A stretch of 63,968 nt of DNA, filler included, from Hausera hauseri (lineage: Eukaryota): NCBI GenBank assembly GCA_046269625.1. It is 11 parts of 11 records of this genome, joined end to end, with 100 filler letters (N's around TTAATTAATTAA, not from the genome) between each part and the next. Parts side by side here need not be neighbours in the genome. Positions count along the whole stretch, not along the records: positions 22,713 to 28,657 come from JBJURY010165198.1; positions 28,758 to 32,797 come from JBJURY010801866.1; positions 32,898 to 37,182 come from JBJURY010656553.1; 8 more parts are not named here. One strand, written 5' to 3'. Below are positions 22,713 through 36,389 of the stretch, in pieces (within the stretch, counting starts at the first letter, position 1; each line of letters opens with the position of its first letter). Both the position numbers and the translations under genes were made by a program. A model generated the notes under the pieces. That model did no database searches, had not been told where the DNA came from, and was given only the letters and a program-made list of their open reading frames with translations.

Positions 22713-25700
22713 TGACTGCAATCATAACGCCTTTTGGGAAATTCTTAAAGGCATACGAAGAAAGTAGATGGAAATCGGACGTAGAACGCCATGCCGGTTA
22801 TTATATTCGTAAACGAAGGGGAAGGCCTATATTCTTGTGAAAGCGGAAATTTATAAAACCTAAAATACGAAGAAATAATTCAGATGATGACGAGCCTAAG
22901 GGAGGAAAAGTACTTTCAGAAATAAACAAACATAAGGCGTACCCTGTCATTAAAGCACAATTGCCTATGCTCCCTCCTACCGCTCCAGTCTATGAAGACT
23001 GCGACAAACGGTCGATGAGCTCATATCAGACAGAAATCTATAAAAGAACAATTAATGTAGAAGACCCTTATGGAGGAACGAAACGCTACGGGATCCCACG
23101 GAAAATGTGTTACCGATAGTCAACAGACGGTCTCAAGATGTTGTATTCTCCGACAAAATCTCGGAATATAGAAACTAGATCAACGGTTTGGGAAAACCTA
23201 AGGTTAAAAACCTTCCAGAATACTAAACTACACACTAACAATCGAGAACAATTAATTAGTACACATGAAACGGAAGAGTTACACATAGAAAACAACGAGT
23301 TATATCCAAATGAAGAATTAAGACAATTGTCGGAGAATATAGTATCCTCCCCCAAAATCCGAATCAATGGGCATAAAATATCGGCAACTAAACGTCCAAA
23401 AGTAGCAACAAACTGCTTTGGAACAGTAATAAAAGGAAGACCTTTCGCCTAAATCATTATCGAAGATTGGGAAGTTTATGCTTCAATTGATACAGGGTCT
23501 GAAGTGTCGTACATTAAAATTGAATCGATACCGCAATCGTTAAGGGGAAAATTATATCCACCGTCCACAAAAAATCCAGGACGTACGGGAGCTTTTGGTC
23601 AAATGTCGAAACCGATGTTCAAATGAAACCCAGAAGTTCAAATAGTTGGACAATTTTTCCATCACGAATTTGCAGTTATGGAGCAATTAACTGACGATGT
23701 AGTTTTAGGATGTTTTCTACTGAAAAGATTACCAAATATAGCAATTGACTTACAGACAGGGAAGTTAATAGAAATCAGGCCGAATAAAGGCGTGAAAAAC
23801 GCTAAGGATAGAAAATTTGGAGAGGTATTGATACCCGTAGACGAAGATATTCCACCGAGAACAGAAATGATAATTTACGCGCAAATTCAGAAGGATGACG
23901 CTCAACCGGTATATTTCGAATCAAAGGAGACATTAAATTTGAATATATTACTTAGTAACATACTGACAAGAATACACTCCGGTCGAGTACCGATTAGAAT
24001 AGCTAATAATGCCCAGACTTTAGTCAAGCTTTATGCTTATACGACTCTAGGAGATATGTATAGTGTTGTCGATAACTATTGAAGAAAAGCCTTATACGTA
24101 TGCCGAATTCACACCTCTTGTCGAAACTAAGTTCTCCCCCGAATCTTACTGTCGATTCTACAAATTATTATGCCGCTACAAGGACGAAGAACATATTGGT
24201 AGAGCGAAAGCGTTAAAACTGGCTATTCCACTCAAGAAAAGGCCTGGTTCAAACGAAGAAATAGACTTGAAAGACCAGAAGATGCCAAACTGGTACTCTC
24301 TATCATATTCACTAAGACCCGAAATAACAAGGGAAGTTGAACGAATGCTCAAGGCCGATATAATTGGGCCTAGCTATAGATCTTGGTATTCACCAATCCT
24401 CATGGTTGAGAAGAAAGGTACCATGAAACACCGATTTTGTATTGATTACAGAGCTTTAAACAATCTTATGATGAAGGATTCATTCCCATTACCGTCAGTC
24501 AATGAGGCTTTAGACAGACTCTCAGGAGCAAAATGGTTTACCACTCTGGACTTACAATCCAAATATTGGCAAGTGGAGATTAAGGACAAAGACCGTTATA
24601 AGACAGCATTCAAAACATACGACGGTGTTTATGAATTTAACGTCATGCTGTTTGGTATTACTAGCGGGCCAGCCATATTTACGAGAATGATGAACAAAAT
24701 GTTAATGGGATTGGATCATGCTTTTGCGTATTTAGATGACGTGATGATAGCATCAAGAAGCGAATAGGAACATTTAAAGGACATTGAACACACATTAATG
24801 AGATTGGAACAAGCCGGATTTAAGTTAAATCCAAAGATATGCAAATGGGCTCAAAATGAAGTATCCTACCTTGGCCATATATTTGGAGAAGGAGGATCGA
24901 AACCCGATAAATCGTTATTAAACAAAATATCGGATTGCATGGAGTCACAAAACCAGAAGGAGTTAAGACACTGGCTAGGACTGTGCGGTTATTACGCCAC
25001 TTATGTGCCGGATAATTCAATAATAAATGCACCTTTATGTCGCCTACTTAAAAAATAAATTAAATGGAAATGGACAAACGTCGAGCAGAAAGCCTTCGAT
25101 GAGATGAAGAAGATATTAACAAATGAACCTGTTTTACGATACACGGGCTTTAACTTACCTTTTGTAATCAAAACAGACGAAAGTAAAGAAGGTATTGGAT
25201 ATGAATTAGCGCAGAAAAGAGAAGTTGAAGAGTTGAAACACCCGATTGCTTATGGAGTACGTTCCTTGAAAAAGGCCGAGAAAAATTATTCTGCTACCGA
25301 ATTGAAAACTCTAACCGTAAAAGAAGCACTTCGACATTTGAACGTTTATGTATACGGGCAGAAAATTATAATTGTCACTGAACACAAAGCCGTTACTACC
25401 TTAAAAGGCCGAGCAAATAACCCAACATGCAGACTTAACAGATGGATCGAAGAAATATCGAGATACAATATCGAATTCCAGTACAAGCGAGGAAATAAAC
25501 ATGTAGATGCCGATGCACTATAGAGATTAAGGATTAAAACGAGTGCAATTACTGTAATAAAGAAAAGTCAACTCGAAGAAATAATATATCGCCAACGCAC
25601 CTTAACAAGGGACAAAACAATTAAAATATCAGCAGAACAAAGGAAGGATAAAGTTATTCAGCAGATTGTAGAATTTGCTAAAAGGGATACCATATCAAAG

Positions 25701-27660
25701 GGACAACAGTTAAAGAAACCTTTACACAGACACGGACATAAATATTGCGTCTTAAACGACAAAAAGCAATGAGAATATTTTATATTACGAACGGAAAGGA
25801 AGAAACTTGATAGTTATTTCAAAAAGGCTGCAAACCAAAGTGCTAATGTCGAAACATGACTCATATTTAGCCGGACACATGTCCTGGAAGAAAACATTAG
25901 AAAGAATACTGAATAAATATTTCTGGCCCAGTATCTATATTGATGTGAAAAATTGGGTAAATGCTTGTGAAGTATGTGCAACTAAACAAAAGAAGACAAA
26001 AAATTACATGGCCGAATTAAAACCAATAAATGTGCCCGATAGGCCTATGCAAGACATGTCTATGGATATTGTAGGACCTCTTTCTACAACCCACAAGAAC
26101 AATAAGTATATATTGACTTGTATTGACAGATTAACTTATTTTGTCGAATTGATAGCGCTAATTGATTAAAAGGCAGAAACTTTAGCAGAAGCCGTAGTAA
26201 GAAAAATTATTTGCCTATATGGGCCCCCAGATCAGATATTCACAGATCGAGGAAGAAATTTCACAAGTGAATTATTCGAGAAAATCAGCAAGATATTTGA
26301 AATCGAACGATTAACAACTACCGCATATCATCCTCAGTGTAACGGAATGGTCCAACGGATGAATGCTACCGTCATGCGCATATTATCAACAGTAGTAGCA
26401 AAAGACCAGAAAGATTGGGACGAATTTTTAGAAGAAACTCAGTTTGCTATTAATACCACACCACATCCAGCGACAGGATTCACACCATTCTTCATGGTGT
26501 ATGGACGTGAAGCTGTGCTGCCCACAGACTTAAGGATGACGCCATACACAAACAATCTCGAAGATTTAGAGCAAAATTTTGCATAAGTGCTACAAACGCG
26601 ATTGCGAAAATGCTGGGAAATCGCCAAGGAATTATCCCAAGAATATCAAGAACAGTTTAAAAATCAGTATGATAAGAAGGCGAAACCGCATGATTTAGAA
26701 CAAGGAAGTTGGGTTTATGTACATTATCCAGTAGCCAAAAAGGGCATATCACTAAAATTAACTCGTACAGGCAGAGGACCGTACGAACTTACCAGAGTTA
26801 CGCCAACCACATTATATATCAACAAAAACGGAAAGGAAGAAGTCGTGTCAGTACAAAGAGTTGTCAAAACAGATATATGACCTAATAAACGTTACAATTT
26901 ACGCCAACGCGAGTTAAAGACTTTTTCAATAATCGCTAGACCAATATCGTACGTTCAGATAGTTTTAGCAATATCGCTAATTGCTTCTTATATTCCGAGA
27001 ACACAAACTTAATGGTAGCACGACGAATCTACGCTAGGAGATATATACGAAATTTGGAAGGGTGGATCAGGATTGGAGGCTATTGTAGCTGAAAAGAAAC
27101 CAACAGTCGAAGAAATTCAAAGACAAAATATAAGATTATTACAATCAGTATCAATTTCCTATTACTCGCCCAACTCCACATGCGTTGGATTTAAGGCGCG
27201 GAAACCACACCACGATTTTGGGAGATTTCAAATCTTCTTAGATAATGTAATAACAAAAGAAGAAAAGGATTGCGATTTCGAACCCGGAGATCATACGCAA
27301 TGCTGTGACATAGATTTCGGACGCACTTATAACCTTACCTATCGTCTGTACCTACCGAACTTATCTAAAATCTATAAAATAAAACCACCATTTCAGTTAG
27401 TTAGTCCTGTGTGGAACAAACATCATGGAATAAAACCGAATAAAATGTTACGATCTACCGATCCAGACATAAAACTATTAGACGAAAATATCCAGAGAAT
27501 TTCGGTTAATAATGCACAACAATGCGTCCAGGTGAGAACTCGGACAGAGCTAACTGTCAGTCGAAAAATTAGTATCACATTCGAAGCACCAACCCCGGAA
27601 TTATGATATTGTTCTATTCGCGCAGATGTACAACACACTTATTGCAAACTGCCTGTAAAC
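22713..27660 (+). mobile_element. Ty3/gypsy element: glycoprotein tail, linker, PR, RT, RH, IN, signal peptide/FN3-like ORF
   Basis: PFGKFLKAYEESRW (22713-22790), IDTGSEVS (about 23485), RFCIDYRALN..YLDD, YSATELK, SMDIVGPL, TAYHPQCNG, RYNLRQR, then hydrophobic IVLAISLIASYIPRTQT and ORF 27073-27606. Confidence 0.92.
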
Positions 27661-28757
27661 CAGGATGATAAGTTTAAGGTTTTAAAATAAATCTAAAAAT
27701 TCAGATAAATGAGTTTGGGTTCTGAAACCTCAAACTTATGCTTATTTACTTCAGTGCAAATAGCTCAGGATATTGTTTTCCCTGAGCCTAATTACTTTAT
27801 TAAGTCTTAAAAGCCGCCTGTGGGGTCGGCTAGAAATCAAATTTAGGTAGATGTGAATTCGATCACCAGGAGGGACACTGGTGTCGTTCCCAGATTTTAA
27901 ATGATTTTGTGGTTGTACGGTTCTTTATGACCGTAAAACAATAGGGCACCCTTTTAACAGATTAATAAGAAAACCTTATTACAATAACCTTAATTTTCTT
28001 TATTAAGATTTATATTTAGGTAAGATAGAAAAAGATCAATACTACTCTAAACAATATAATTAAACCAAAATCAATAAATAGTCTTAAAAATTTATAGAAA
28101 GAAACATAAAGAAAACAACCCAAATAAATAAACACTTACACGAATAATAGTCGACGTACATGATAGGAGAATCAAACATAAAACAATAACTCTGTTTTTC
28201 AATACCGTGGGTTTATATACTCCTCTTTTGTGATAAACTATCAAATTGTAATTCAAAATGAATATCTTGTAACATGAATAAATTGAAGGCAAATAAATGA
28301 ACAATTCACGGTAATGAAATAAAAAGACGGACAATTAAAATAAGTAAAATAAACTCAGACAGTTAATTTACAATTTAATGAGTGCATAATAAATATGATC
28401 AAATAAATATGTGCACAAAATTTGATGTTGTTTACACCGTCAGTGTTGAAAGAATGTCATTTAATCATTCAAGAGTCTGTAATGTCAATTCGAGAGTTTG
28501 TAATGTCAACAAAATGAATTTTTACTATATGAAAAATAATCATTTACTTTTTAAATAAATGACACACTTGTCAAGTTCTAAAATCAATAACGATAAATCC
28601 CAAAGTGAATTTGAATTTTTGAACCATACAAGTATTGTGTAATGAATTTGAGTTTTANNNNNNNNNNNNNNNNNNNNNNNNNNNNNNNNNNNNNNNNNNN
28701 NTTAATTAATTAANNNNNNNNNNNNNNNNNNNNNNNNNNNNNNNNNNNNNNNNNNNN

Positions 28758-30969
28758 AATACGCACTTGGTGAATCCATGTTGATTGACAGACTACCGTT
28801 CTTAAATGTGCTACTGATCGAATCGATCGCTGTTGAACTGGTAGCTGGCATTTTTTTCAGTCTGGTGATAATATGTGAATCTTTGGAGTCTTCGAATGAC
28901 GTAGATATGTCTGGTGGAGTGGAGTTCAGTTCAATGGATTTCCTTCTCGTTGTGCTAAATATGAAAAGTCCAAATTGACTGAATATTGTGTCGAAATTCG
29001 AACCCATAACCAATCGACAAATTCCAACCCAATAAGCCCCGAAAATAGCAATATAAATCATATATTAAACATCTCGAAATACTAACATCGTGTACGATTC
29101 GTCGACTGATGACTGAGACTCTCGATGTTTTTTTCCACCTTTATTATGATATTTCTCTTTCCGGCTAGTTTTGTCCGGTGAAAGAGGTTTGCTGGTCATC
29201 TCTGAAACAGATATTCGAAATGAAAAACGGCCGAACCAAAACAAAGAAGTCGCCCACCTGTCTCAAGAGAACTTATCAACTGATCATCACAGTGCTCATG
29301 AGCAATGATCAAATCGTAAATCCGATAATTAGCAAACAATCCCGTCTCCCTGTCAAATCCAACATCATTATACTGGCGATCAAACTCGGTAAATATCGAC
29401 ACAGACTAGAACAACGTTCGTCATTAACAAAAAACAACAGAAACAATTGCCTCATTCAACAATCGAACTGCCAACGAATAATAAACCGTATTTTTAGCAT
29501 TGTATCGTTTACAGTTCTCCATCATCAAATTGTAATCCGATCGAATTTGATCGATATTGATGTATTCGTATGATTTCAATTTTTTGCGCATTGTCGAAAA
29601 ATCCATGGGATTTTGGATAATTTTCGAATAGTTCGGTGCGATTAGTTCGGTAACGGGTTCGGCAAAGACTTTTGTCGTGTCCAATGTCTGGAAATATGCA
29701 GAACAAATGTCAACAAGATTATGATTGGTAATCGAATTCAGGGTTTGAGATGTTTGAAAAGATAACCGCCGAGCTCCCCCCCCGCGCTCCTCAATGAATC
29801 TAACAACCTGCAAATGATCCAATAATTCCTTCAACAATCCAAACGTAGGATGAAAAAGAATCTCGTTGATTTCCGTAAAATTCTTGAACAATTCCCGTTT
29901 CAGTTTCTCCCGTTTCCGACTTAATTCCGATAATAATCGAGCTTTCTCGAGATCCTGTCGCAATTGTTGCCAGAATTTCAAACTGGAAATCATTTCCGTA
30001 TTTCCTTTCTCAAATGACAGCTGAAATCGGCAACAATCATCAAACCGCATAACGACGGGAGCGGAGGAAACATACCGTTGGTAAGTGGGATTTAGATGAC
30101 GCGACTAATCGTCGAAGAAGTGGCACCCCGCTACGACATTCTCTCTTGAGTTTCCAGTATGAATGAATTCGATCCATGAACTCTGTTTTATGAGGCACAT
30201 CAATATTGGTACCGATTTCCTAAACGAACAAGTCACAAGCAACATCCGACAGAATTGCCTTCAGTTTATCGGGGGATATCACCGGGAAACACAAAGGTGG
30301 ACTGTAATTCCTTCGCTCGTCCAGCAGCTTACGAACAGCTTTGAGTTTCTTCTTCCGTTTAACACCCTTTTCCGAATTCACCTCATCATCGGAATTTGCA
30401 TACATACCTTGACTGACATCCTTAAACGGATGATGATATCGACTTAACAACCAATATTTATATTAAACGCACTGCAACATATCCCTCTGGGAAATGAATA
30501 TCGCAAAATGCACTTTTTCGGATTCCCGATGCACCACTCGTTTTATCACTCTGTTCTATTTTCATATAGAGACCGGCTTGTTGAGCACATGTCACATGAA
30601 ACGCTGTATAGCAATTGCTACGATGACACTGAATACAGGCACCGACATTTTTCTGTTTACACAGATAACAAGTCAGTCTCCACCTATGCAGGATCATGAA
30701 CAGCATTTCCAACACATGCCACTGCCTTACCTGGCCCCTTCTATCTTTTCAATGTCTTCAATGGGCTCGAGGAATATTAGATTAGCAAATGCTACTTCCG
30801 GTACCCATAATGCACACACAACATGAGCCCAACGGTTGTCGTTAGTTTGTTTCAATGCACCGCCTTTGTTCGGACATAAGCAACAATCGACCGAATGGCT
30901 CGGTGAATGAAGGCATTTTCGACATAGCCATTGACCCTCTGGTACGTATGGCACTCCATAGCATTCCTG
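28758..30969 (-). CDS. BRPF1: BRPF/peregrin-like PHD-PZP plus bromodomain gene, partial and spliced
   Basis: [56 protein letters not shown]; [22 protein letters not shown]; bromodomain [27 protein letters not shown] introns at 30684-30730 and 29688-29807. Paralog identity (BRPF1/BRD1/BRPF3) not resolved. Confidence 0.9.
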
Positions 30970-31099
30970 GTTAATGTAAGGTCAAGCGGGATATAAAATT
31001 ATACGACTGAAAGGCAGAAGATCACAGAACGTCGATTAATATCCTAAGTATTATAAAATTTTATTGATGTTAGCTCGTTGGGTGAGATCTATCGGTTCT

Positions 31100-31620
31100 T
31101 GTTTAAAAGTCAAAATTGAAATGGAGAAACTTTATTCTATGTTCCCAATTTAGTCCCACGCATTTTTGAAGACATTTATATACCGAAAAGTTGGCCTTTT
31201 TGTATATTCCGAAATTCGAGTATGCAATTTTCTTATTGTGCTTTCTATGTACGAAGCTCTGCAAGAAACGCATTCGATTTGGTATACTATATGATCTTTT
31301 TGGAAAATTGGTTTATCTTCCATTGGGCACGATTTCCATTTGCAGTATTCTTGGAATTTTGTTTCCAGTTCACTTTTCAATGTCCTGGATTTGTGAGTTA
31401 GTATAACTGTGATGCTGTGTTTTTGAAAAATTCCTCTAATTTTATTGTTGAAAGCATCTGACATTAAATGAATTTTCAGAAAGAAACGTTTGTTTCTATT
31501 AATTTTCTATTGGGTTCTCGATAGTTGTAATTCATTTGTGTACCCCTTCAATTTTAACACATTGTTGAATTCTTGGGAACATCTTTGCCGAATTCGGTTT
31601 CGGTTATTGAGAATATAGGC
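31100..31620 (-). mobile_element. Penelope-like retroelement fragment (RT thumb end plus GIY-YIG endonuclease)
   Basis: IVYQIECVSCRASYIESTIRKLHTRISE, preceded by NNVLKLKGY and the CKWKSCP linker. Confidence 0.8.
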
Positions 31621-32897
31621 TGTTTTACTTTTAGTTTGTGTAAAGTTTGTGTGTAATATGAGCCATTGCATGATCATCAGTGTATTAAATAAAAACACAG
31701 TTTTGTGTATTTTTGGTTTTCTAATGGGAAATTATTTATTCCGAAAGGATGTTATTATCCAAAAGTCAGAAATTTCAAGACAAGAGCAAATTCTTCAAAA
31801 TCTGAGTTTAGAAATGTTACGCTTCGGTGGACCCTTAACAATTCCCGTAAATACCAATACTAAAAATGCTTCAAAATTTAAGTTTTAAGTTATGACAGGC
31901 AAGGACTGTCGTTCTGGAGCAGTCAGCAATGTCTAGAGTGTTTTATTTGCAGGTACTGCATGCGACAGTATTTCTGCGTTTATAAACGAGTCTAATACTT
32001 ATCTATACATTCTACATATGATTTTAACCATAATGTCGTCGAACTTTCCACAAGGGACTAAATTTCCATTTCTGAGTTGATCGGAACACTGCATTATGTA
32101 CACGATTAGACGTGCGCACTTTGACCATTTCATGACGGAAGTAAAATAGAGTACCTTGTTAATGTTACGAAAAATAAACTGGCGATAATACAAAAAATTA
32201 AATTTTGTGACTACTGAAAGTTCAATAATTATAACATGAATTTAAGTCGAAATTTCAACACAATTAATTATTTAATATTTATTTAGAAAAGCAGAACAAA
32301 ATTTTTATCAGTCTGAGATTGGAAAACTTGTTTTACAAATTTGAAAAACCAAAAAATGGAAGAAACAGTTTTTCCCCCTTCTGACAAATACCACATTCGA
32401 TATTAATATAAACAAAGTCTTGCGCTATCAGAACTGATGTTCAAACACTGCAACATGTAGATCTGTGTTGAGGTTCACCCGGTATGTAGAGTAAACAATA
32501 GGCCATTATTAAAATAGCTGTTGTTTGGAATAGGTCTGAGGAAAATACTGCAGTTCGACAAACGTAAACCATTACAAACATGATATGTTTTATTAGATAA
32601 ACAACCATTTATGTAGAGAACAATTTTCTGCAGTGATATTTTGGTGTAAGTAAAGAATACGAATACTTGTGACTAAAAAGGAATAAAAGAATTTTATGAA
32701 AGGATAAATTAACAAAATTTATTTTTAAAATCATTGATTGAAATAAGTGCTACTATCAAAATGGAGATTTCTATTACGTCTATATTTATTAAGGCTCNNN
32801 NNNNNNNNNNNNNNNNNNNNNNNNNNNNNNNNNNNNNNNNNTTAATTAATTAANNNNNNNNNNNNNNNNNNNNNNNNNNNNNNNNNNNNNNNNNNNN

Positions 32898-35125
32898 TTT
32901 CTCTAGTATTATATAATGTTCTTCTAATGACGTCGAGAAAATCAACATATCGTCCAGGTATACTGTAGTTTGTTTGATACCTCTCAGTACTTTGGTCATC
33001 AGTTCTTGGAATGTACCCGGTGCTGCTGCTATGCCCAAAAGGCATCATGTTGAAACAAAATTGTCCCCGTTTAGTCGAAAAGGCTGTTCTCAACTTGGAT
33101 TCTTCCTCTAGTTCGACACGGTAGTATGCATTTTCCAGATCGATTGACGTGAAATATCTAGCCCCATATAGTTTATCCATCATTTCCATCATGTTCGGCA
33201 TGGGGTACGCTTGTCTTTCCGTGACAAGGTTCAACTGCCTAAAGTCTGGATAAATTCTGATATCGTTTTTCTCTTTCTTCCAGACGCAGATCATCGATGA
33301 ATTCCAAGGTGAATTACATTTCTTGATGATATTGTTTTTCCATAAGTTTTGAATAGTCTCCGATTTTGCTGTCTAAATTCGCTGAATGTCTATGCGGTTT
33401 GATGGTAATTGGTGCGCATTTGGTGTCTATTCTATGCTTGATCAATGTTGTACAGCCGATATCCCATTTATCCGCCATAAAGGCTTCTTGGTTCTTCCGT
33501 ACTATATCCAATACCACTGGGTTTTCGTTTATCCGCAGAATCTTCTTCGCTCTTTTAAATCCTTCTTCATTCGTCACTTTTCGACCAAATTTTGCTTCTA
33601 AGTTGCATACACCATACCTTTGTTCATCCCCAGCTTTATATCTCCAATCTAATTCGATTCCAAAAGTCTTTTGCAGTTTCATTCCTCCAATGATTTCTGG
33701 TGATATGTCTGTAACTACTATGAAAGTTACACGCTTCTGTACACTCTTGAGTTCCACATTTACGGACAGTTCACCAATGCCGTCTAGGGGCTACCATTTG
33801 CACAACGGAGCGTGATATCTGATTTCTCCAGCCGGATATCTCTCAATCTTTCGAAAATCTTCCTACTGATCACGTTCACCCGTGCCCCTGTGTCCTATAG
33901 GCAGTGTTCCCATCTATCTTGTGTCTGTACAATTATATCTGGCCGTCCTTGTAGTTTATCGTACGTGATCAGCTTTTCCAACAGTCCTTCAAGGGAAAAA
34001 ATTCCTCTTCATGGAGGCTCTCGTTTTGACTTTCTGCAATTCGTATTTCTTCGTTTCTGTCTCCACATGTTTCCTTCTTTATGAACCTCCGTAACTTTTC
34101 CTTTCTTTTTTCCTATATTTCTTCAATGCCTTGTCTCTTCCTTTGAATATTTTGGAGCCTTTGGATTTGTTTAATGTAATTCCCCGACTAGCTCCACTTC
34201 TGTCGAGGCTCTGCCTTTTGGGGTTGTCGACTCTGTGATTGATTCTTTATAGTCTTCGTCAATATTTGTAATGTATGCATGCCTGATGTTCGCCCTCTCT
34301 CCATGTCTATTGTGTCCATACGCGCACGTTTGAAATTGTCGGCATACGTGTTTTGTCATTTTCTACTCTTGTCCAATTTTGTATAGCATTCTTCTTCCCT
34401 GTGTCCTCTATTGTGACACTTATTGCATTTTATGTTTATGCAATTTCGTCTTCTGTGTCCTTTCTGACAGCACCAATAGAATATTATAGGTTTCCTTTCT
34501 GGGCAATGCCTGTTAATGTGTTCTTCTTTCCCGCAACCAAAACATCTTGGTGCATGTTGGAAGTTGCATATCCGGCTTGTATGCCCATCTTTCTGGCACG
34601 ACCAGCATTTCATCATCCTCTTTGCCCGCGTATTGTGCAGTTTGAAATCCCTCCTTTCTTGACTTGGTTTGTCAAATTTGTGCGCAACCACATCCCCATA
34701 ACTTAGTCGACCATCTTTATTGTATTCTCTGACTGCATTTATTTCTTCCATTTTTGTTGCCACTTAGTGAAATTACTGTATTTTCGCTTTCATTTGTTCT
34801 ACGCTTTTTTCTTCACTGAAATATATTTCTTTTCTCATCTCCAGGTCGTCACAACAGTGGATCATCAACTCCTATGTTAGAGTTTCCGCTGTTATTTTGT
34901 GGCTAAGGATTCCCTTCACCAACTGTTCGATTTTGTTGAAGTAGGCGGGCGGTTTGGCCTTATTTATTCTATAGTCCAATGGCTCTCGTACGATGATGCT
35001 CTACGGCGTTTTGTCAAGCCACTGCCAGCGAATTGTTTTTTGACCGATTCAGCGGAATTCGGGGCAGTGCTTTTTATTTCCAACAAGGCGTGTTCTTTCA
35101 ATGATTGTAAAATAGATTTGCTTTA
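32898..35125 (-). mobile_element. Ty3/gypsy element with four-CCHC-knuckle Gag, PR and RT
   Basis: CWSCQKDGHTSRIC, CFGCGKEEHINRHC, YWCCQKGHRRRNC, CNKCHNRGHREEEC; DTGARVNVIS; DFRQLN..MPFG..YLDD. Confidence 0.9.
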
Positions 35126-35290
35126 ATATAGTACATCCTGTGCTGTTTTTGCTGCCACGGCACCGATACGCTTCAACACCGGAAATGCTAAACGTGTCAA
35201 TGTACGCAACCATCCAGAGCCATACTGTTTACAAGCGAAATACGGCTGGGGTTTACTGTAAATGGAAACGTTTTCAGAATCAATCGTGTT
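35126..35290 (-). pseudogene. Polinton/adintovirus small basic amphipathic core-type protein, truncated
   Basis: KQYGSGWLRTLTRLAFPVLKRIGAVAAKTAQDVL directly downstream of the penton-like gene, matching the Q.G.G..L.R...P.LK pattern. Confidence 0.6.
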
Positions 35291-35309
35291 GCTGTTGTTG
35301 TTGTTAGAT

Positions 35310-36344
35310 TCAACGGAAATGAAGCGTTAAACCGGTTGTGGTACCGTACGGAAATTCAACAAGATAGCCCGCGTCACATTGGATATTCACTTGAACATTG
35401 TATATGGATGTAGATACCACAGGTATGTACATTGGATTATCGAGCTTGACAGTGATATTGTCGCCAGCAGTATACTTGCTGCTTTCCGGATACATTGCAC
35501 GGAGTAGCGGTACACGTACTTCACCGACCAAAATCGGTTCGGTGACATTCATGTAAAAGTACATTTGACTTTGTCCCCTTTTCAGTTTGGATTTGAGTGT
35601 TGCACCATATGCTGCCGCCACCATAAACCGGTGTTTTTCAAAACCCAATACAATGGCCAAAGTTTTGTCCAATGAAATGTCGACAATATCCTCAGCCAGT
35701 TCAAATTTAATGTACCTATTTGCATCTGACTCGAAACCTTTAAATATCACCTTGTACTTGTGATTCGAAGAAGAAGAGTGTTGACAGCTGTGCTACAGAT
35801 TCGCAATAGACATTGTCTCCAATCGATACATATGACGTTGACACCCTTTATGTCATATAGGTAAATTTCACCGTTGTATGGTAATATACGGGACTTAATC
35901 ACGACCAACCACATTAACTTTTAATATGTTGATCTTTGTACTCTGTATTTTTGAATCCAAATTTTTGCGCCATCTCATAGGACTTAAAGGTAACGGTAAA
36001 TTCAAAATCTGCCATAAAATGTAAGTTTTTATCCATAAAAAACATCCATCTTGCCGAATATACCGTAATTTGCTTCGATCCTGCAAATGGCCCATTCTCC
36101 AACTGTTATTTTATTGTTAGTAAGTGTCAGAGGACAAGAATATGTTTCGATTTCACAAACAGTCTTATTGTGCGTTATTTTCATACTACCTTTCTATGTC
36201 ACCGGTGCGTAGAGAAAGTTAAATTCCGTCAGCGCAACCTCCCATTGTCCAGCAGATAAATCCAAAGTATTGTTCCAATCTACAACGTATTCTCTGGCGG
36301 AATTGTTCGAACGAGTCAAAGGACAACACCATGTAAATACTCAT
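35310..36344 (-). pseudogene. Polinton/adintovirus minor capsid (penton-like) gene 1
   Basis: N-terminus MSIYMVLS..NNSAREY..LDLSAGQWEVALTEF; C-terminus LAIVLGF..EPILVGEVRVPLLR..NPMYIPV..GLTLHFR. Confidence 0.85.
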
Positions 36345-36389
36345 GATCTTGATGATGATGATTGTGACGATGGTGATGACGCAGTTTGT

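Noticed and set aside
27700-28340. Mitochondrial rRNA/gene insertion
   Set aside because: Strand skew and hairpins are suggestive, but no universal rRNA motif or mitochondrial protein motif could be matched.
30970-32797. Hammerhead ribozyme expected near a Penelope-like element
   Set aside because: No CTGATGA..GAAA core with supporting stems was found by eye.
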